DNA from: a bacterium | Lineage (GTDB): Bacteria; UBA8248 | DNA length: 64,000 nucleotides | Direction: 5' to 3' | NCBI GenBank assembly: GCA_965213625.1 | Contig: CBDBZU010000004.1 | Location: 2,016,001 to 2,080,000 of the forward strand | In this document: positions 21,114-31,620 of the stretch, piece after piece | Numbering within the stretch: position 1 is the first letter of the stretch | Layout of the letters: each line of letters opens with the position of its first letter | The notes under the pieces: model-generated | Seen by the model: the letters and a program-made list of their open reading frames with translations, nothing else | Told to the model about the DNA's origin: nothing | Databases searched by the model: none | Position numbers and translations under genes: made by a program

Positions 21114-22289
21114 TTATATATTTCTTAGTCCCTCGATTAGGTCGTCTCTCAATTCCTCAAAATCTTCTAGTCCCACAGAATATCTAATCAAACCTGCGGA
21201 AATACCTCGGTTCTTCGCGCCTTCTATTCCAATATCTGCATACGCCATTTTCACGTGATGCTCCACTTGGCTCTCCGTACCCCCGAAGCCGGGGGCGAGT
21301 ACGGGAATTTGGAGAGCGCTCACCAACTCATCGGCTTTTTGGGGGTCGCCAGCCAGCTCAAAACTCACCAACCCGCCGAACGCGGACATATATTGGACTG
21401 CTCGCTGATGATCCGGGTGAGACTCCAGACCGGGGTAGTGAACCCGGGAAACCTTAGGTTGGCCAGCGAGAAATTCAGCCAACTTGAGAGCCGTGTCGCT
21501 GATGCGCCGGACACGCAATTCGAGCGTTTTCAATCCACGCTCCACCAGGAAAGCCTCTTGCGGTCCGAGAATGGAGCCCAGAAGTGATTGTTGTTCGCGC
21601 AGCGCGTCGATGATGTCCAGACCGCCAGAAACCGCGCCCGCAACGACGTCGTTGTGGCCACCAATAAATTTCGTTGCGCTTTGAACCGCCAAGTCGGCTC
21701 CATGTTCCAACGGGCGGAACAGGGCGGGAGATGCAATGGTCGAGTCCACGATGAACCTGGCATTTCTACGTCGGGTCCATTCAGCCATTTTTTCGATGTC
21801 CGGTATGCGAAGCGTGGGGTTAGAAGGAATTTCCGTGAACAACACCCGGACCGGATCTTCAGGGAGGGCTTCGAGGGATTCCGCTGAATTATCCGGCAGG
21901 ATATCGACGCATATCCCGAATCGAGTGAGTAGTCCGTCTGCGATGTCTCTCGTATGTCTGTAGCTCTCTTGCGGGATGACGATTCGCGCATTCGGCGACA
22001 GGAGTGAGAGAAATATCGACGAGACAGCCGCCATTCCACTGGCGTAGAGAAGAGAGGCTTCTGCGCCTTCTAAGAGAGCAAGCCTGCATTCGGCGGCTTC
22101 GTTCGTCGGGTTTGCGTATCGTGTATAGAAAAACGCGTCAGTTTTGCCACTGTGGAAGGCTTCCAGATCATCTGAGTTGTCGAAGGTGAAAGTCGCGGTT
22201 TGGAAGATCGGCGGGGAGAGCGAGTTCTTCGCCTGATTGCGCTCATCTCTTCTCATGTTTCTCGACAATGCAATCATCTCCTGTAACAC
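21114..22289 (-). CDS. metB: Cystathionine gamma-synthase / trans-sulfuration PLP enzyme
   Basis: PIFQTATF, YTRYANPT, SGMAA, SATKFIGGHND, RGLKTL, IRYSVGLE; exact start uncertain. Confidence 0.8.
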   Translation of the reverse strand: MLQEMIALSRNMRRDERNQAKNSLSPPIFQTATFTFDNSDDLEAFHSGKTDAFFYTRYANPTNEAAECRLALLEGAEASLLYASGMAAVSSIFLSLLSPNARIVIPQESYRHTRDIADGLLTRFGICVDILPDNSAESLEALPEDPVRVLFTEIPSNPTLRIPDIEKMAEWTRRRNARFIVDSTIASPALFRPLEHGADLAVQSATKFIGGHNDVVAGAVSGGLDIIDALREQQSLLGSILGPQEAFLVERGLKTLELRVRRISDTALKLAEFLAGQPKVSRVHYPGLESHPDHQRAVQYMSAFGGLVSFELAGDPQKADELVSALQIPVLAPGFGGTESQVEHHVKMAYADIGIEGAKNRGISAGLIRYSVGLEDFEELRDDLIEGLRNI

Positions 22290-22320
22290 GAGCAGAGTGA
22301 AAAATAAAATCGAACGAATG

Positions 22321-23664
22321 CTACCCTATGGACAATGCGCCGAGTTTCTTCTCAATGGCTTCTTGAACCATATTGATTTCTTCTGGGAGCTCAATAGGAG
22401 TATTGGCGAATCGGCTGTCGACGCGCGGAATTGCTTTTTGGTGGTAATTGACCTTGAATTCGGTGAATTTCAGACCATGAGCCGTAGAGATGACCACTAC
22501 CCGATCTCGTGGGTTAATTTCTCCTCTCGCAATGATTTTTTCAAGAGCGGCCAGTGCCACACCTGTCTGGGGGCAGTTATACATCCCGGTTCTGTCCGCG
22601 CGGGCAGCCGCGTTGGATAATTCCTCCTCGCTCGCCTGCTCTACGGTACCCTCGAATGCCTTTAGGGTCCCGATGGCTCTCTCGATACTCACCGGGTTCC
22701 CGATTTGGATGGCTGTCGCCAACGTCGGTTCGGCCTCTATGGGGTCGAATTCCTGAAATCCTGTCATGAAACTTCTGTACAGGGGATTGGCTTTTTCCGT
22801 CTGTGCGCAAACGATTCGGGGCAACTTGTCTATCAACCCTAAATCTCGCATCTGCATGAAACCCTTGCCAAGCGCACTTACATTTCCAAGGTTGCCGCCG
22901 GGAATGATGATTAAGTCGGGAACCTCCCAATCGAACTGCTGGACGAGTTCAATACTGATGGTTTTCTGTCCCTCAATTCGAAGCGAATTCATGCTGTTGG
23001 CGAGGTATATTCCCTGTTCTTCGCATACTTTTTTCACGATACGCATGCAACCGTCGAAATCCGTGTCGATGGCGAGCACCAAGGCCCCGTTTGTGATGGG
23101 TTGAATGAGTTGTGCAACGGATACTTTATCTCGTGGCAGAAAAACGATAGCGGGGATATCGGCTGCTGCTGCATATGCGGCTAAGGCGGCGGAAGTATCG
23201 CCTGTCGATGCGCAGGCGACGGCGCGAAGTTTTTTCCCGTCGGCCATCATCTGTTGGGCCGCGGACACGAGCACCGTCATACCAAGATCCTTGAAAGAGC
23301 CGGTGTGGCTGTTTCCGCATTGCTTAATCCACAACTCACCGATTCCGAGTTCGCGTCCCAGGCGATTCGCCCAGAAAAGGTTTGTCCCCCCCTCGTAGAA
23401 CGAGATGATGTTTTCATCGTCTATCAGCGGGCAGACCCACTCTTTCTTTCCCCATACGCCACTGCCGTACGGCCATATGTTGCGCTGGTAGCGGTCGTCG
23501 AATAAGTGACGCCACTCCGACGCGCTACGCATGCGCAGAGTTTCCAGGTCGTGTGTGACGTCGAGGAGGCTATCGCATTCGCGACACTGATAAACAGAGT
23601 CGAAAATGGAGTATGTCGCTTCGCATTCTGGGTTTATGCATTGGAACCAGCAGTTGCAATCCAT
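22321..23664 (-). CDS. thrC: Threonine synthase
   Basis: [47 protein letters not shown]. Confidence 0.95.
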   Translation of the reverse strand: MDCNCWFQCINPECEATYSIFDSVYQCRECDSLLDVTHDLETLRMRSASEWRHLFDDRYQRNIWPYGSGVWGKKEWVCPLIDDENIISFYEGGTNLFWANRLGRELGIGELWIKQCGNSHTGSFKDLGMTVLVSAAQQMMADGKKLRAVACASTGDTSAALAAYAAAADIPAIVFLPRDKVSVAQLIQPITNGALVLAIDTDFDGCMRIVKKVCEEQGIYLANSMNSLRIEGQKTISIELVQQFDWEVPDLIIIPGGNLGNVSALGKGFMQMRDLGLIDKLPRIVCAQTEKANPLYRSFMTGFQEFDPIEAEPTLATAIQIGNPVSIERAIGTLKAFEGTVEQASEEELSNAAARADRTGMYNCPQTGVALAALEKIIARGEINPRDRVVVISTAHGLKFTEFKVNYHQKAIPRVDSRFANTPIELPEEINMVQEAIEKKLGALSIG

Positions 23665-23718
23665 TTCTTCCCCAAAAGATTAAAGGGGCGAAGCCAAGCC
23701 TCGCCCGAAGGAGATGGA

Positions 23719-23747
23719 ATTATTGCAAAGGCAATCCGAGGTGGCAA
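23719..23747 (-). promoter_or_regulatory. Putative sigma70 promoter of thrC-metB
   Basis: Minus strand TTGCCA-17 nt-AATAAT. Confidence 0.5.
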
Positions 23748-23800
23748 ATCTGGATTTTTATTTCATGTAATGTGGTTCCCAGAATTCTAATCAAATTGCG

Positions 23801-25054
23801 CTAAGTTGTAGCCACTTGCGGGACGCGGACCTCTTTTTCGTTGATGAAAGTGACTATCACCGCCGCCTGTAGACATAGGTAGGCGGCCAAGGCGAATGCA
23901 AGGTTGTAACTGCCTGTCACGTCATAGATGTATCCGCTCAGCCATGCGCTAAGACCCGAGCCGAGTTGGTGGCTGAACGTGATGAGGCCAAAAAGAATTG
24001 CCACGTTTTTGGAGCCGAAGAAATCTCCCGTCAGCGCCGAAGTGAGCGGGACGGTAGCTATCCAGGAGAGGCCTATGATCATGGGTGTGGCCCAGACTGT
24101 AAAATCATTTTTGAAGAAGATGAATAAGACGAATCCGAGGCCCCTGAAGGCGTAAATCAGGCTCAAGGGGAATTTCCTGCCTATTTTGTCCGACAGGGGG
24201 CCAACCGCCAGAACACCAAGGGTGTTGAGGCCACCCCCCAAGGCGAATGATGTGGCTGCGACGGCAGCAGAAAAGCCCACGTCCGTCGCAAACGGCACCC
24301 AGTGCACGGAGACGACGGTTACGGTGAATCCGCAGGTGAAAAAGCTCGTCAGCAGGAGGACGAACGGCATCTTTTGAAGGCACTTCACCCAGTGCAAATC
24401 ATACGGGACGACCATCTTGACGCCGTTGCCGGAAGTGGGCGCGCTCGGAGGGACATCCCTGGATGAGGGGGAGTTTTTGACGAGGAATATCGAGATGGGC
24501 ATCAGGGTGAACACGAAAATGATGCCGATGGTGAGCGAAGTCGTTCTCCAGTCCAGAAAGCCGATCATATACGCGAAGACGGGAAGCAATATGAGTTGAC
24601 CCATACTTGAGCCTGCGCTGATGATGGACATGCCCAGCCCCCGCCTGTCCGGGAACCAGTTCGACACCAGGGGGGTGAAGGCGGTCACGCTGTTGCCGAT
24701 ACCGCCGATCCCCAACAGTATGCCGAAGAACAGATACACGCCCCAAAGGGAGTCGACATAGTAGATTCCCAGCATGGCGATGGTCGTCAACGCCGAGCCC
24801 CAGATGATGACCGTCTTGGGGTCCCAGCGGCGCATCATGAGCCCGCCCAAGGGCTGGGACGCGCCGTAGAGAATCAGGCAAAGAGAAAAGGGGAGCGACA
24901 ACGAGGCGCGGCTGATGTTGAAATCCGAAATCATCGGCTTCAGGAAAAGACCGAATGAATTTCTGGTAGCTAGACCTAAAAACATCATAAAAAAACAGCC
25001 GGCAAGAATGTACCAGCCATAATATATCTTTTTGGGAGAATCGTCTTGGCTCAC
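23801..25054 (-). CDS. MFS transporter
   Basis: YYGWYI, WFPDRRGLG, G.LSDKIGRK, G.IYD.TGSY; about 12 TM segments; GTG start after GAGG. Confidence 0.9.
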   Translation of the reverse strand: MSQDDSPKKIYYGWYILAGCFFMMFLGLATRNSFGLFLKPMISDFNISRASLSLPFSLCLILYGASQPLGGLMMRRWDPKTVIIWGSALTTIAMLGIYYVDSLWGVYLFFGILLGIGGIGNSVTAFTPLVSNWFPDRRGLGMSIISAGSSMGQLILLPVFAYMIGFLDWRTTSLTIGIIFVFTLMPISIFLVKNSPSSRDVPPSAPTSGNGVKMVVPYDLHWVKCLQKMPFVLLLTSFFTCGFTVTVVSVHWVPFATDVGFSAAVAATSFALGGGLNTLGVLAVGPLSDKIGRKFPLSLIYAFRGLGFVLFIFFKNDFTVWATPMIIGLSWIATVPLTSALTGDFFGSKNVAILFGLITFSHQLGSGLSAWLSGYIYDVTGSYNLAFALAAYLCLQAAVIVTFINEKEVRVPQVATT

Positions 25055-25223
25055 AGGCGCCTCGGTATCCGTAGGATGTGGGTGGCTTGCATTTGCGCTA
25101 GAGTTTATAACATTCATGGATGAAAGACACGCTGCAGATCGCATTATCACGCATTGCGCCGTGCAGGCCCCATGTTCTTCAAAACATGAGGGAGATATTA
25201 GTGAATGACGAGGAGGGTTTCTC

Positions 25224-26561
25224 TTGGACGCGCCGAAATTTGTGGTCCCCCACCCCGGCCCCAAAACCCGGGAGGAGCTTGAACGCCTGAGAAAGGCGGA
25301 AAGCCGCGCTGCCCTCAGCTTCGGGATGAGCCCCGAAACCGTCGTCGTCGAGCGCGCGCAAGGAGCGGTAATCGAGGACGTCGACGGCAATTTGTTTCTG
25401 GATTTCGTCGCTGGCTTCGGGTCCCTGAATGCAGGTCATTGCCATCCCAGGGTTGTCTCGGCGATGCAAAAACAAGCCGAGCTGGTCCACCAAGCCATGT
25501 CATTGGGTTCGAGGGTGAGGAACGAATTTCTCGAAAAAATTCTCTCTTTGCATACCGGCGCAACTCCAAAGAGCATGATTCTCGGTTCCTCGGGCAGCGA
25601 AGCGGCCGAGATCGCCCTCAAGATGGCCCGCCGGGCGACAGGGCGCGATGAAATCGTCGCATTTACGGGCGCGTTCCACGGCAGAACTCTGGGGGCCGTA
25701 GCCCTGATGGGAAGAAAAAACCAAAGGGAGGGGCTGGGAACCTTGGTCCCGGGAATTCATCATGTTCCTTATCCCTATCCTTATCGAAACCCCTTCAGCG
25801 ATGGCCCGGAGAAATGCGCCGAGGGGACGATTCGCTACATTAACGAATTTCTTGAGAATCCGGTTAGCGGCTGGGGCGACGTGGCGGCCGTCATTATCGA
25901 ACCGGTTCAGGGAAATGGCGGCATGATCCCGGCCCCAATCGGGTTTTTGAAGGCTCTCCAAGAGATATGCGAACGTCACGGCGTGTTGCTCATTATCGAT
26001 GAGGTGATGAGCGGTTTTTGCCGTACCGGAAAGATGTTCGCTTATCAGTATGAAGATATCGAACCCGATCTGATCGTGATGGGAAAATCGATTTCAGGCG
26101 GATTGCCCCTTGCAGCCTGCGTCGCGAAAAAAGAGATTGCCGATGCCTCGAATCCCGGAACCGAAAGCAGCACATATGCCGGAAACGTCATGGCATGCGC
26201 CGCCGGTCTGGCTTCCATCGAGGTGTACGAGGAGGAAAACCTCTCTGAACGCTCCCTGGAAATGGGTTCTTATTTCATGAGAAGGCTGGAGGAACTCTCC
26301 GAGCGCCATTCCATAGTCGGCGAAGTTCGCGGTCGCGGGCTGATGGTTGCGGCCGAGTTGGTTACCGACCGGACGACGCGCGAGCCCTTGAGCGTCGCGA
26401 AAAAGGCGAGTGACATGGCCTTGAAAAAAGGTCTTCTCATCTATCCGGGAGGACACCACGGGAACGTCCTGGCGTTTTTGCCTCCTCTGATAATCGATAA
26501 AGCTCAAGTCGATACGGCCGTCGGAATCGTCGATGAGGTGCTGCTCGAACTCGATGCATAA
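25224..26561 (+). CDS. Class III aminotransferase (4-aminobutyrate aminotransferase-like)
   Basis: DVDGN.FLDF, AFHGRT, EPVQGNGG, DEVMSGFCRTG, GKSISGG, VRGRGLM. Confidence 0.9.
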   Translation: MDAPKFVVPHPGPKTREELERLRKAESRAALSFGMSPETVVVERAQGAVIEDVDGNLFLDFVAGFGSLNAGHCHPRVVSAMQKQAELVHQAMSLGSRVRNEFLEKILSLHTGATPKSMILGSSGSEAAEIALKMARRATGRDEIVAFTGAFHGRTLGAVALMGRKNQREGLGTLVPGIHHVPYPYPYRNPFSDGPEKCAEGTIRYINEFLENPVSGWGDVAAVIIEPVQGNGGMIPAPIGFLKALQEICERHGVLLIIDEVMSGFCRTGKMFAYQYEDIEPDLIVMGKSISGGLPLAACVAKKEIADASNPGTESSTYAGNVMACAAGLASIEVYEEENLSERSLEMGSYFMRRLEELSERHSIVGEVRGRGLMVAAELVTDRTTREPLSVAKKASDMALKKGLLIYPGGHHGNVLAFLPPLIIDKAQVDTAVGIVDEVLLELDA

Positions 26562-26641
26562 CGGCCCGAGGTGATGAGTGATACCATTGCTCTCCTTTGT
26601 GCTAAGATAAGTTCATTGGTTCTGCCGCTTTGAGGTAAGGA

Positions 26642-27970
26642 ATGCGGAGGAAATTTCACAGAAAAGTCCATCTGGCGTTTTTGCTCTCTCTGGTGGCGAT
26701 GGGCGCGATTTTGACCCTCTACCACGCCACCGCTGCGCAGAAGTCGCCTCCCGTCGTTGTGCTGGACGTGGCCGACGCCATATCGCCGGGTACTTCCGAG
26801 TACATCGCATTCGGCATCGAAGAGGCTGCCCGAAGGCAGGCGCAGCTTCTCGTCATCCGTCTTGATACCCCTGGCGGTCTGGTTACCAGCACGCGCGATA
26901 TCGTGAAGTCGATTTTCGGCGCAAGCGTTCCCGTGGCGGTATACGTCGCTCCGGGAGGCGCGCGGGCCGCATCCGCCGGCACGTTCATCACCATGTCGGC
27001 CCACATCGCCGCTATGGCGCCGGGCACGAACATCGGCGCGGCATCTCCCGTTTCGGGTGGGGGAAAGCAGATTCAGGGAGATATGCGCAAAAAGGCAATG
27101 AACGACGTGGCCGCTTTCGCGCGGGCGGTGGCATCCCGCACCGGGCGCAACATCGAATGGGCGGAAAGCGCGGTCCGCGAGGCGATATCCGTGGATGAGG
27201 CCGAAGCCTTGAAGCAAAAAGTCATCGACCTGGTGGCCGCAGACGTGCGGTCCCTTCTTCTGGCGGTTCACGGGAAAAAGATAAAACTCGCGAGTGGGGA
27301 CACCGTCACCCTCTCGACAAAAGGCGCTGTGCAAATCGTGCTCGAGCGAAGCTGGCGCCAGAAGGTGCTCACCCTTCTGAGTGACCCCAACATCGCCTAT
27401 ATCCTGATGTTGCTGGGGATGTATGGGCTGTTCTTCGAACTCTCGAACCCCGGTTCCATTCTGCCCGGCGTGGTGGGGGCCATCAGTCTCTTGCTGGCCC
27501 TCTACGCCCTCAAGGTCTTGCCGGTCAACTATGTGGGGCTTTTGTTGATGGGTCTCGCCATCATCATGTTTCTCCTGGAAATCAAGGTGGTGAGTTACGG
27601 GGGGCTCACCATCGGCGGAATCATCGCCATGACGCTCGGTTCGGTCATGCTCATCGATTCTCCGGACCCCTACCTGCAAATCAGCCTGAAAGTGATTCTC
27701 CCTGCGGTCGCCGGAACGGCCATGTTCTTCGTCTGGCTCGTGGGCATGGGATTTCGCGCCCAGCGGGTGCGGCCGGTTTCGGGTTCGGAGGGGATGCTCG
27801 AACAGTCCGGCATTGTGAGCGCATTGCCCGGGGAAGGGTCGCCGGCCCAGGTGCGGGTGCACGGCGAAATATGGCAGGCGGATTCTCCAGAGCCATTGGA
27901 AGTCGGGGATAAAATCCGCGTAGTCTCGGTGGAGGGCCTCAGGCTCCGCGTCGAGAAGGAGGGTGGATAA
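26642..27970 (+). CDS. nfeD: NfeD membrane-bound serine protease (long form)
   Basis: LDTPGGL, AASAG, APGTNIGAA, TM region, C-terminal OB-fold VRVHGEIWQA. Confidence 0.93.
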   Translation: MRRKFHRKVHLAFLLSLVAMGAILTLYHATAAQKSPPVVVLDVADAISPGTSEYIAFGIEEAARRQAQLLVIRLDTPGGLVTSTRDIVKSIFGASVPVAVYVAPGGARAASAGTFITMSAHIAAMAPGTNIGAASPVSGGGKQIQGDMRKKAMNDVAAFARAVASRTGRNIEWAESAVREAISVDEAEALKQKVIDLVAADVRSLLLAVHGKKIKLASGDTVTLSTKGAVQIVLERSWRQKVLTLLSDPNIAYILMLLGMYGLFFELSNPGSILPGVVGAISLLLALYALKVLPVNYVGLLLMGLAIIMFLLEIKVVSYGGLTIGGIIAMTLGSVMLIDSPDPYLQISLKVILPAVAGTAMFFVWLVGMGFRAQRVRPVSGSEGMLEQSGIVSALPGEGSPAQVRVHGEIWQADSPEPLEVGDKIRVVSVEGLRLRVEKEGG

Positions 27971-28762
27971 ATGAATTGGAGCTTGATAATCGCCGCTATC
28001 ATCGTCTTGTTGTTCCTGGCGAGCGCTATCCGGGTGCTGAACGAATACGAGCGCGGCGTCATCTTCCGGCTGGGGCGATTCCTTTCTACGAAAGGTCCCG
28101 GCATCATCATCGTGCTTCCGGTGATCGACCGCATGACCCGCGTGGGCTTGCGGCTGGTGACGATGGACGTGCCGCCGCAGGATATCGTCACGAAGGACAA
28201 CGTGTCGGTGAAGGTGAACGCCGTGGTCTACTTCCGCGTACTGAACCCGGAGCGCGCGATCATCGAGGTGGAGGATTTCCTCTACGCCACGGGCCAGTTG
28301 AGCCAGACGACGCTCCGGAGCGTGCTGGGCCAGATGGAATTGGACGATCTGCTTTCCGAGCGCGAGAAGATCAACTCCCAGCTCCAGGAACTCCTCGATC
28401 ACGCCACCGACCCGTGGGGCATCAAGGTCACCAACGTGGAGCTCAAGCACGTCGACCTCCCCGGCGAGATGCAGCGCGCCATCGCCCGCCAGGCCGAGGC
28501 CGAGCGTGAGCGCCGCGCCAAGGTCATCCACGCGGAGGGCGAATACCAGGCGAGCGAGCGTCTGGCCTCGGCTGCCGCCACCATCGCCACGGCCCCGGGC
28601 GCGCTCCAGCTCAGGTTCCTGCAAACCCTCTCCGAAGTCGCCACCGAGAACAACTCCACTATCGTCTTCCCCTTGCCGCTCGACCTGATCAGGCCCTTCG
28701 TGGATGAGCCGAGAAGCAGAGGCGACGCGCCAGGAGGAGAGATAGAAGGCGGCGACGCCTAG
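27971..28762 (+). CDS. Stomatin/SPFH (slipin) family protein
   Basis: [42 protein letters not shown]; directly follows nfeD. Confidence 0.95.
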   Translation: MNWSLIIAAIIVLLFLASAIRVLNEYERGVIFRLGRFLSTKGPGIIIVLPVIDRMTRVGLRLVTMDVPPQDIVTKDNVSVKVNAVVYFRVLNPERAIIEVEDFLYATGQLSQTTLRSVLGQMELDDLLSEREKINSQLQELLDHATDPWGIKVTNVELKHVDLPGEMQRAIARQAEAERERRAKVIHAEGEYQASERLASAAATIATAPGALQLRFLQTLSEVATENNSTIVFPLPLDLIRPFVDEPRSRGDAPGGEIEGGDA

Positions 28763-29031
28763 GCGAGCAATTGCGGGCAGTTGCGGGGCAAGCAGAAAAC
28801 TTTTTTTGACGCTGAATTTGAGTGCGTTGCGCTTAGATTTATTAGTAAATTCGTTATATTACAATCGGTTACGAGGCATATCCCTTTCAGGAATTTATCG
28901 AAAAACCCCGTGAATTTATCCATATTTACGGGAAATATGATTATTTCCATTTCTGCGCCTTCCTCGAATCCATCCGTGCAGTTCCTCTCTCCGCGATTAT
29001 CGAACCAGAGTAAGGAGAGCAGGTGTGCGCT

Positions 29032-29507
29032 TTTGTAGAGGGTATCGAAAATCCCCGAAGCGGGGGAGTTCGAACGAGGCTGCCCGCGTTTTTCTGCAGA
29101 TGGATAGGTCGCTCCTGCGGAGAATGCAGTTATCACCGTCTTCAATTTCTCCCAAAAGCCAGATTCCATGAGAAATCCTCCGCGCCTTTCGATTCCATTC
29201 CTATCGTTGCGGGCGTCATCGTTTTCCCGCGTCGCGCGCACGATACCGAATCTCCGAAAATGCAGGGATGCGGCAAATGCGGGGAAATGCGGCCTTGTCC
29301 GGTTTTATGGAAGTTGTAGGGGCGGCTCGCGAGCCGCCCGCGCCGTTTTCCCGAGGAGGGGATTTGCATGCGCGTTTGCCCGTGGGCGTGAGAAGGTGAA
29401 CAGGTGGTAATACGATAGAAGGATATGTTGTCCGCCCTTGATTGTGTTGCTCCGATGTTGACGACCTTTGCAGGGGTGTCGAACTTCCCCGAGGAGGGGG
29501 AGTTCGA
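29032..29507 (+). repeat. Two direct copies of a ~40-bp hairpin element (29032-29073 and 29467-29507)
   Basis: ggtatcgaaaatccccgaagcgggggagttcga vs ggtgtcgaacttccccgaggagggggagttcga, 28/33 identical; each is an imperfect inverted repeat. Confidence 0.6.
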
Positions 29508-29522
29508 GCGAACCGCCCCTAC
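29316..29522. repeat. Inverted pair of GTAG-type REP palindromes (REPIN-like)
   Basis: GTAGGGGCGGCTCGCGAGCCGCCC at 29316-29339 and an inverted copy ending CGAACCGCCCCTAC at 29522. Confidence 0.7.
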
Positions 29523-29553
29523 GCCATCAAAGCAGGTTCCCGGTGATATCGCC

Positions 29554-29660
29554 CTACCTACTCGAACAGCTCAGGAAGACGCCGCTCTCGGGTTTCTCGT
29601 TCCCTCCCTATTCGGTGAGGCTGGCCTTCAAACTCACGTCGAAGGCGAGGTCGACCCGCG
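29554..29660 (-). pseudogene. Orphan copy of the last ~35 codons of an autotransporter beta-barrel gene
   Basis: Ungapped 75/100 identity of 29561-29660 to 31631-31730; translates RVDLAFDVSLKASLTE*GGNEKPESGVFLSCSSR*. Confidence 0.85.
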
Positions 29661-29819
29661 TGAAGCGGAGGCCGGTATGCGGTTCGCCGACGAACGCCGT
29701 CAGCCTGAAGTTCGGCGGCGATCGCCTGTCTGCCGCATGGAACCCCGCATATCGCCATTTATTGCTATTATTAGACTCTAAGAGATACCTCTCGACAGCA
29801 TGTCAAGAGTGATTCCGGG

Positions 29820-30010
29820 GGCCGGGAGAGGCTCCAGAGACGGCCCTCCCCGGTGGGGTCGGCGGCGGAGCGGGGCTACGGGAAGGTGGCCGGGGTACGC
29901 TGGGAGCAGACGGACCGCACCGCGGAGCAGACCGAACGCTCCGGGGGTCTCGCCGGGTTGCGCGATGCCGCGGTCATTGCAATGGCGAACGACGCGCTCA
30001 GGCTTTCCCT
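29820..30010 (+). pseudogene. Fragment of a Cre-like tyrosine recombinase
   Basis: RLQRRPSPVGSAAER-GYGKVAGVRWEQTD...GLAGLRDAAVIAMANDALRLS resembles the linker and box I (RD.A.I....D.LLR.SE) of Cre-like integrases; truncated at both ends. Confidence 0.6.
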
Positions 30011-30040
30011 GCGCTACTCGTTCCGAGGCGGTGTGATGTA

Positions 30041-31210
30041 ATGCGTTACGAGTACATGATCGGCTGTCTCGCGGGGCTTCTGCTGATCTGCGCGTGGGCC
30101 GGCCCTGCCGCCGCCGACGGCAACTTTTCGCAGCGCTCCGGCTTCGCCGAGTATTTCGCGGCCAACCCTCCGGCCGACGCCGCCGGTCCGGCCGAGCGGG
30201 CCCTGACCCGCCGCCACGCGCCGCGCTTCCACCTGCCCGCCGGCCACGAAGGTCCCATCGACTTCTACCGCGACTACATCGCCCACGGTTACCTGATAAC
30301 GGGCGACGGCGTTCGCATCGACGGCCCCACCACCGGTGACCTGAACCGCAACCGCGACGACGTCCGCGCCGAGTTCACGCACGTGCCGGGCGGGGTCGAG
30401 CCCCGGCCCGTCGTCTACGGCGCGGTGGAGCGTACCGGTCTGTGGGCGCCTGAGGAAGCGGACCGGCCGGCCGGGGAATTCACCGTCCTCACATACCACC
30501 TGGTGTTCCGGGTGAGCGGCTTGCCGGCGGGGTTGTCCCCGGTCGCGTCCATCCCGCTTCGGCTGGTGGCGGACCTCGACGACTGGCACCAGCTCGACCA
30601 CTACACCGCCGCGTTCGTGGTCCTGGCCGCGGACGGGCGTCCAGTCGCCTTGACCCTGCAGCAGCACAACTATCTGCGCACCTACCTGGTCGGCGAGTCG
30701 GTGGAGCTCGGGCCCGACGGACGCTTCGACATCGACGTGGCCATCCGCTCGAACGAGCTTTACCCCCACGTTCCGGGACGGACGGTGCGCCGGGCGGTGC
30801 GGTTTTTGGACCATGACGCCAGGGCCTTCATGATGGGTTTCGGCAATCGCCCGATGATGTCGGCAGACGACATCACCGACCCGGACCGCACCGTCGACTA
30901 CGAGCTCGCCTTCCTCCCCGGCTCCGACGCCTTCTACTCGTTCCACGGCTTCCTCGGCGAGCGCCGCCTTTTGCCCGGCCGTGACGGCCCGCCCGGGGCC
31001 CGCTACAACACCCTGCCCGAGCTCAAGCCCCTGCCCGCGCAGATCTTAGGCGGTTACTGGCGCGAGGGGAACGAGGGCGACTGGGCGCGGTATCGGATCA
31101 GCCGGGAGAACGGCTCCGGCCCGGCCGGCTTCGCGCTCGCGCAGGCGGCGGTGTTCCATCGCAACCTCGGCTGCCTGCGCCGGGAGCGCAAAGGCTGCGC
31201 GCTAGAGTAG
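30041..31210 (+). CDS. Secreted hypothetical protein, very GC-rich (likely foreign)
   Basis: 389 aa, signal peptide ending PAAA-D, GAGG RBS, strong third-position GC bias. Confidence 0.8.
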   Translation: MRYEYMIGCLAGLLLICAWAGPAAADGNFSQRSGFAEYFAANPPADAAGPAERALTRRHAPRFHLPAGHEGPIDFYRDYIAHGYLITGDGVRIDGPTTGDLNRNRDDVRAEFTHVPGGVEPRPVVYGAVERTGLWAPEEADRPAGEFTVLTYHLVFRVSGLPAGLSPVASIPLRLVADLDDWHQLDHYTAAFVVLAADGRPVALTLQQHNYLRTYLVGESVELGPDGRFDIDVAIRSNELYPHVPGRTVRRAVRFLDHDARAFMMGFGNRPMMSADDITDPDRTVDYELAFLPGSDAFYSFHGFLGERRLLPGRDGPPGARYNTLPELKPLPAQILGGYWREGNEGDWARYRISRENGSGPAGFALAQAAVFHRNLGCLRRERKGCALE

Positions 31211-31620
31211 CGGCGTAAGCGACTGTCCCCCGACCCCTTCTTACGACGGGGTCGCAATTGAGCTCGTGGAAGATGATGGGCCACACGGTCGATACCGTCA
31301 TCGCCGCGATGGAGACGAACCACCCCTATTTAACCAACCAGAAGACGCTCTACGTCGAGAGCATCGAGGCGGGCTGCCGAACGAGGCGACCCAGGCAATA
31401 GAGCGGCGGGCGCAGGGTACGGAGAGGACGCGTTCCCGGCGATTGATGAAAATACAGGAAAATCGCATTCATCATCGACCGGTTTTCCCGGGAGTTGCGC
31501 CCGGTGACCTACACAAGTCCGCCGCCGGGGCCTGTCCCTGCAATATCTATCCCTTCTCCGGTCGGGATGGATTTCAAAGGAGGAGGGAAGCAGCGCCTCC
31601 CCCCTCCCTCGAAGGATGGC

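Noticed and set aside
26504-28624. 706-aa minus-strand ORF
   Set aside because: Antisense shadow of nfeD-stomatin caused by GC-rich codon bias; no recognisable motifs.
28759-29241. 160-aa minus-strand ORF
   Set aside because: Atypical composition, overlaps AT-rich and hairpin-repeat DNA, and has no motifs; probably not coding.
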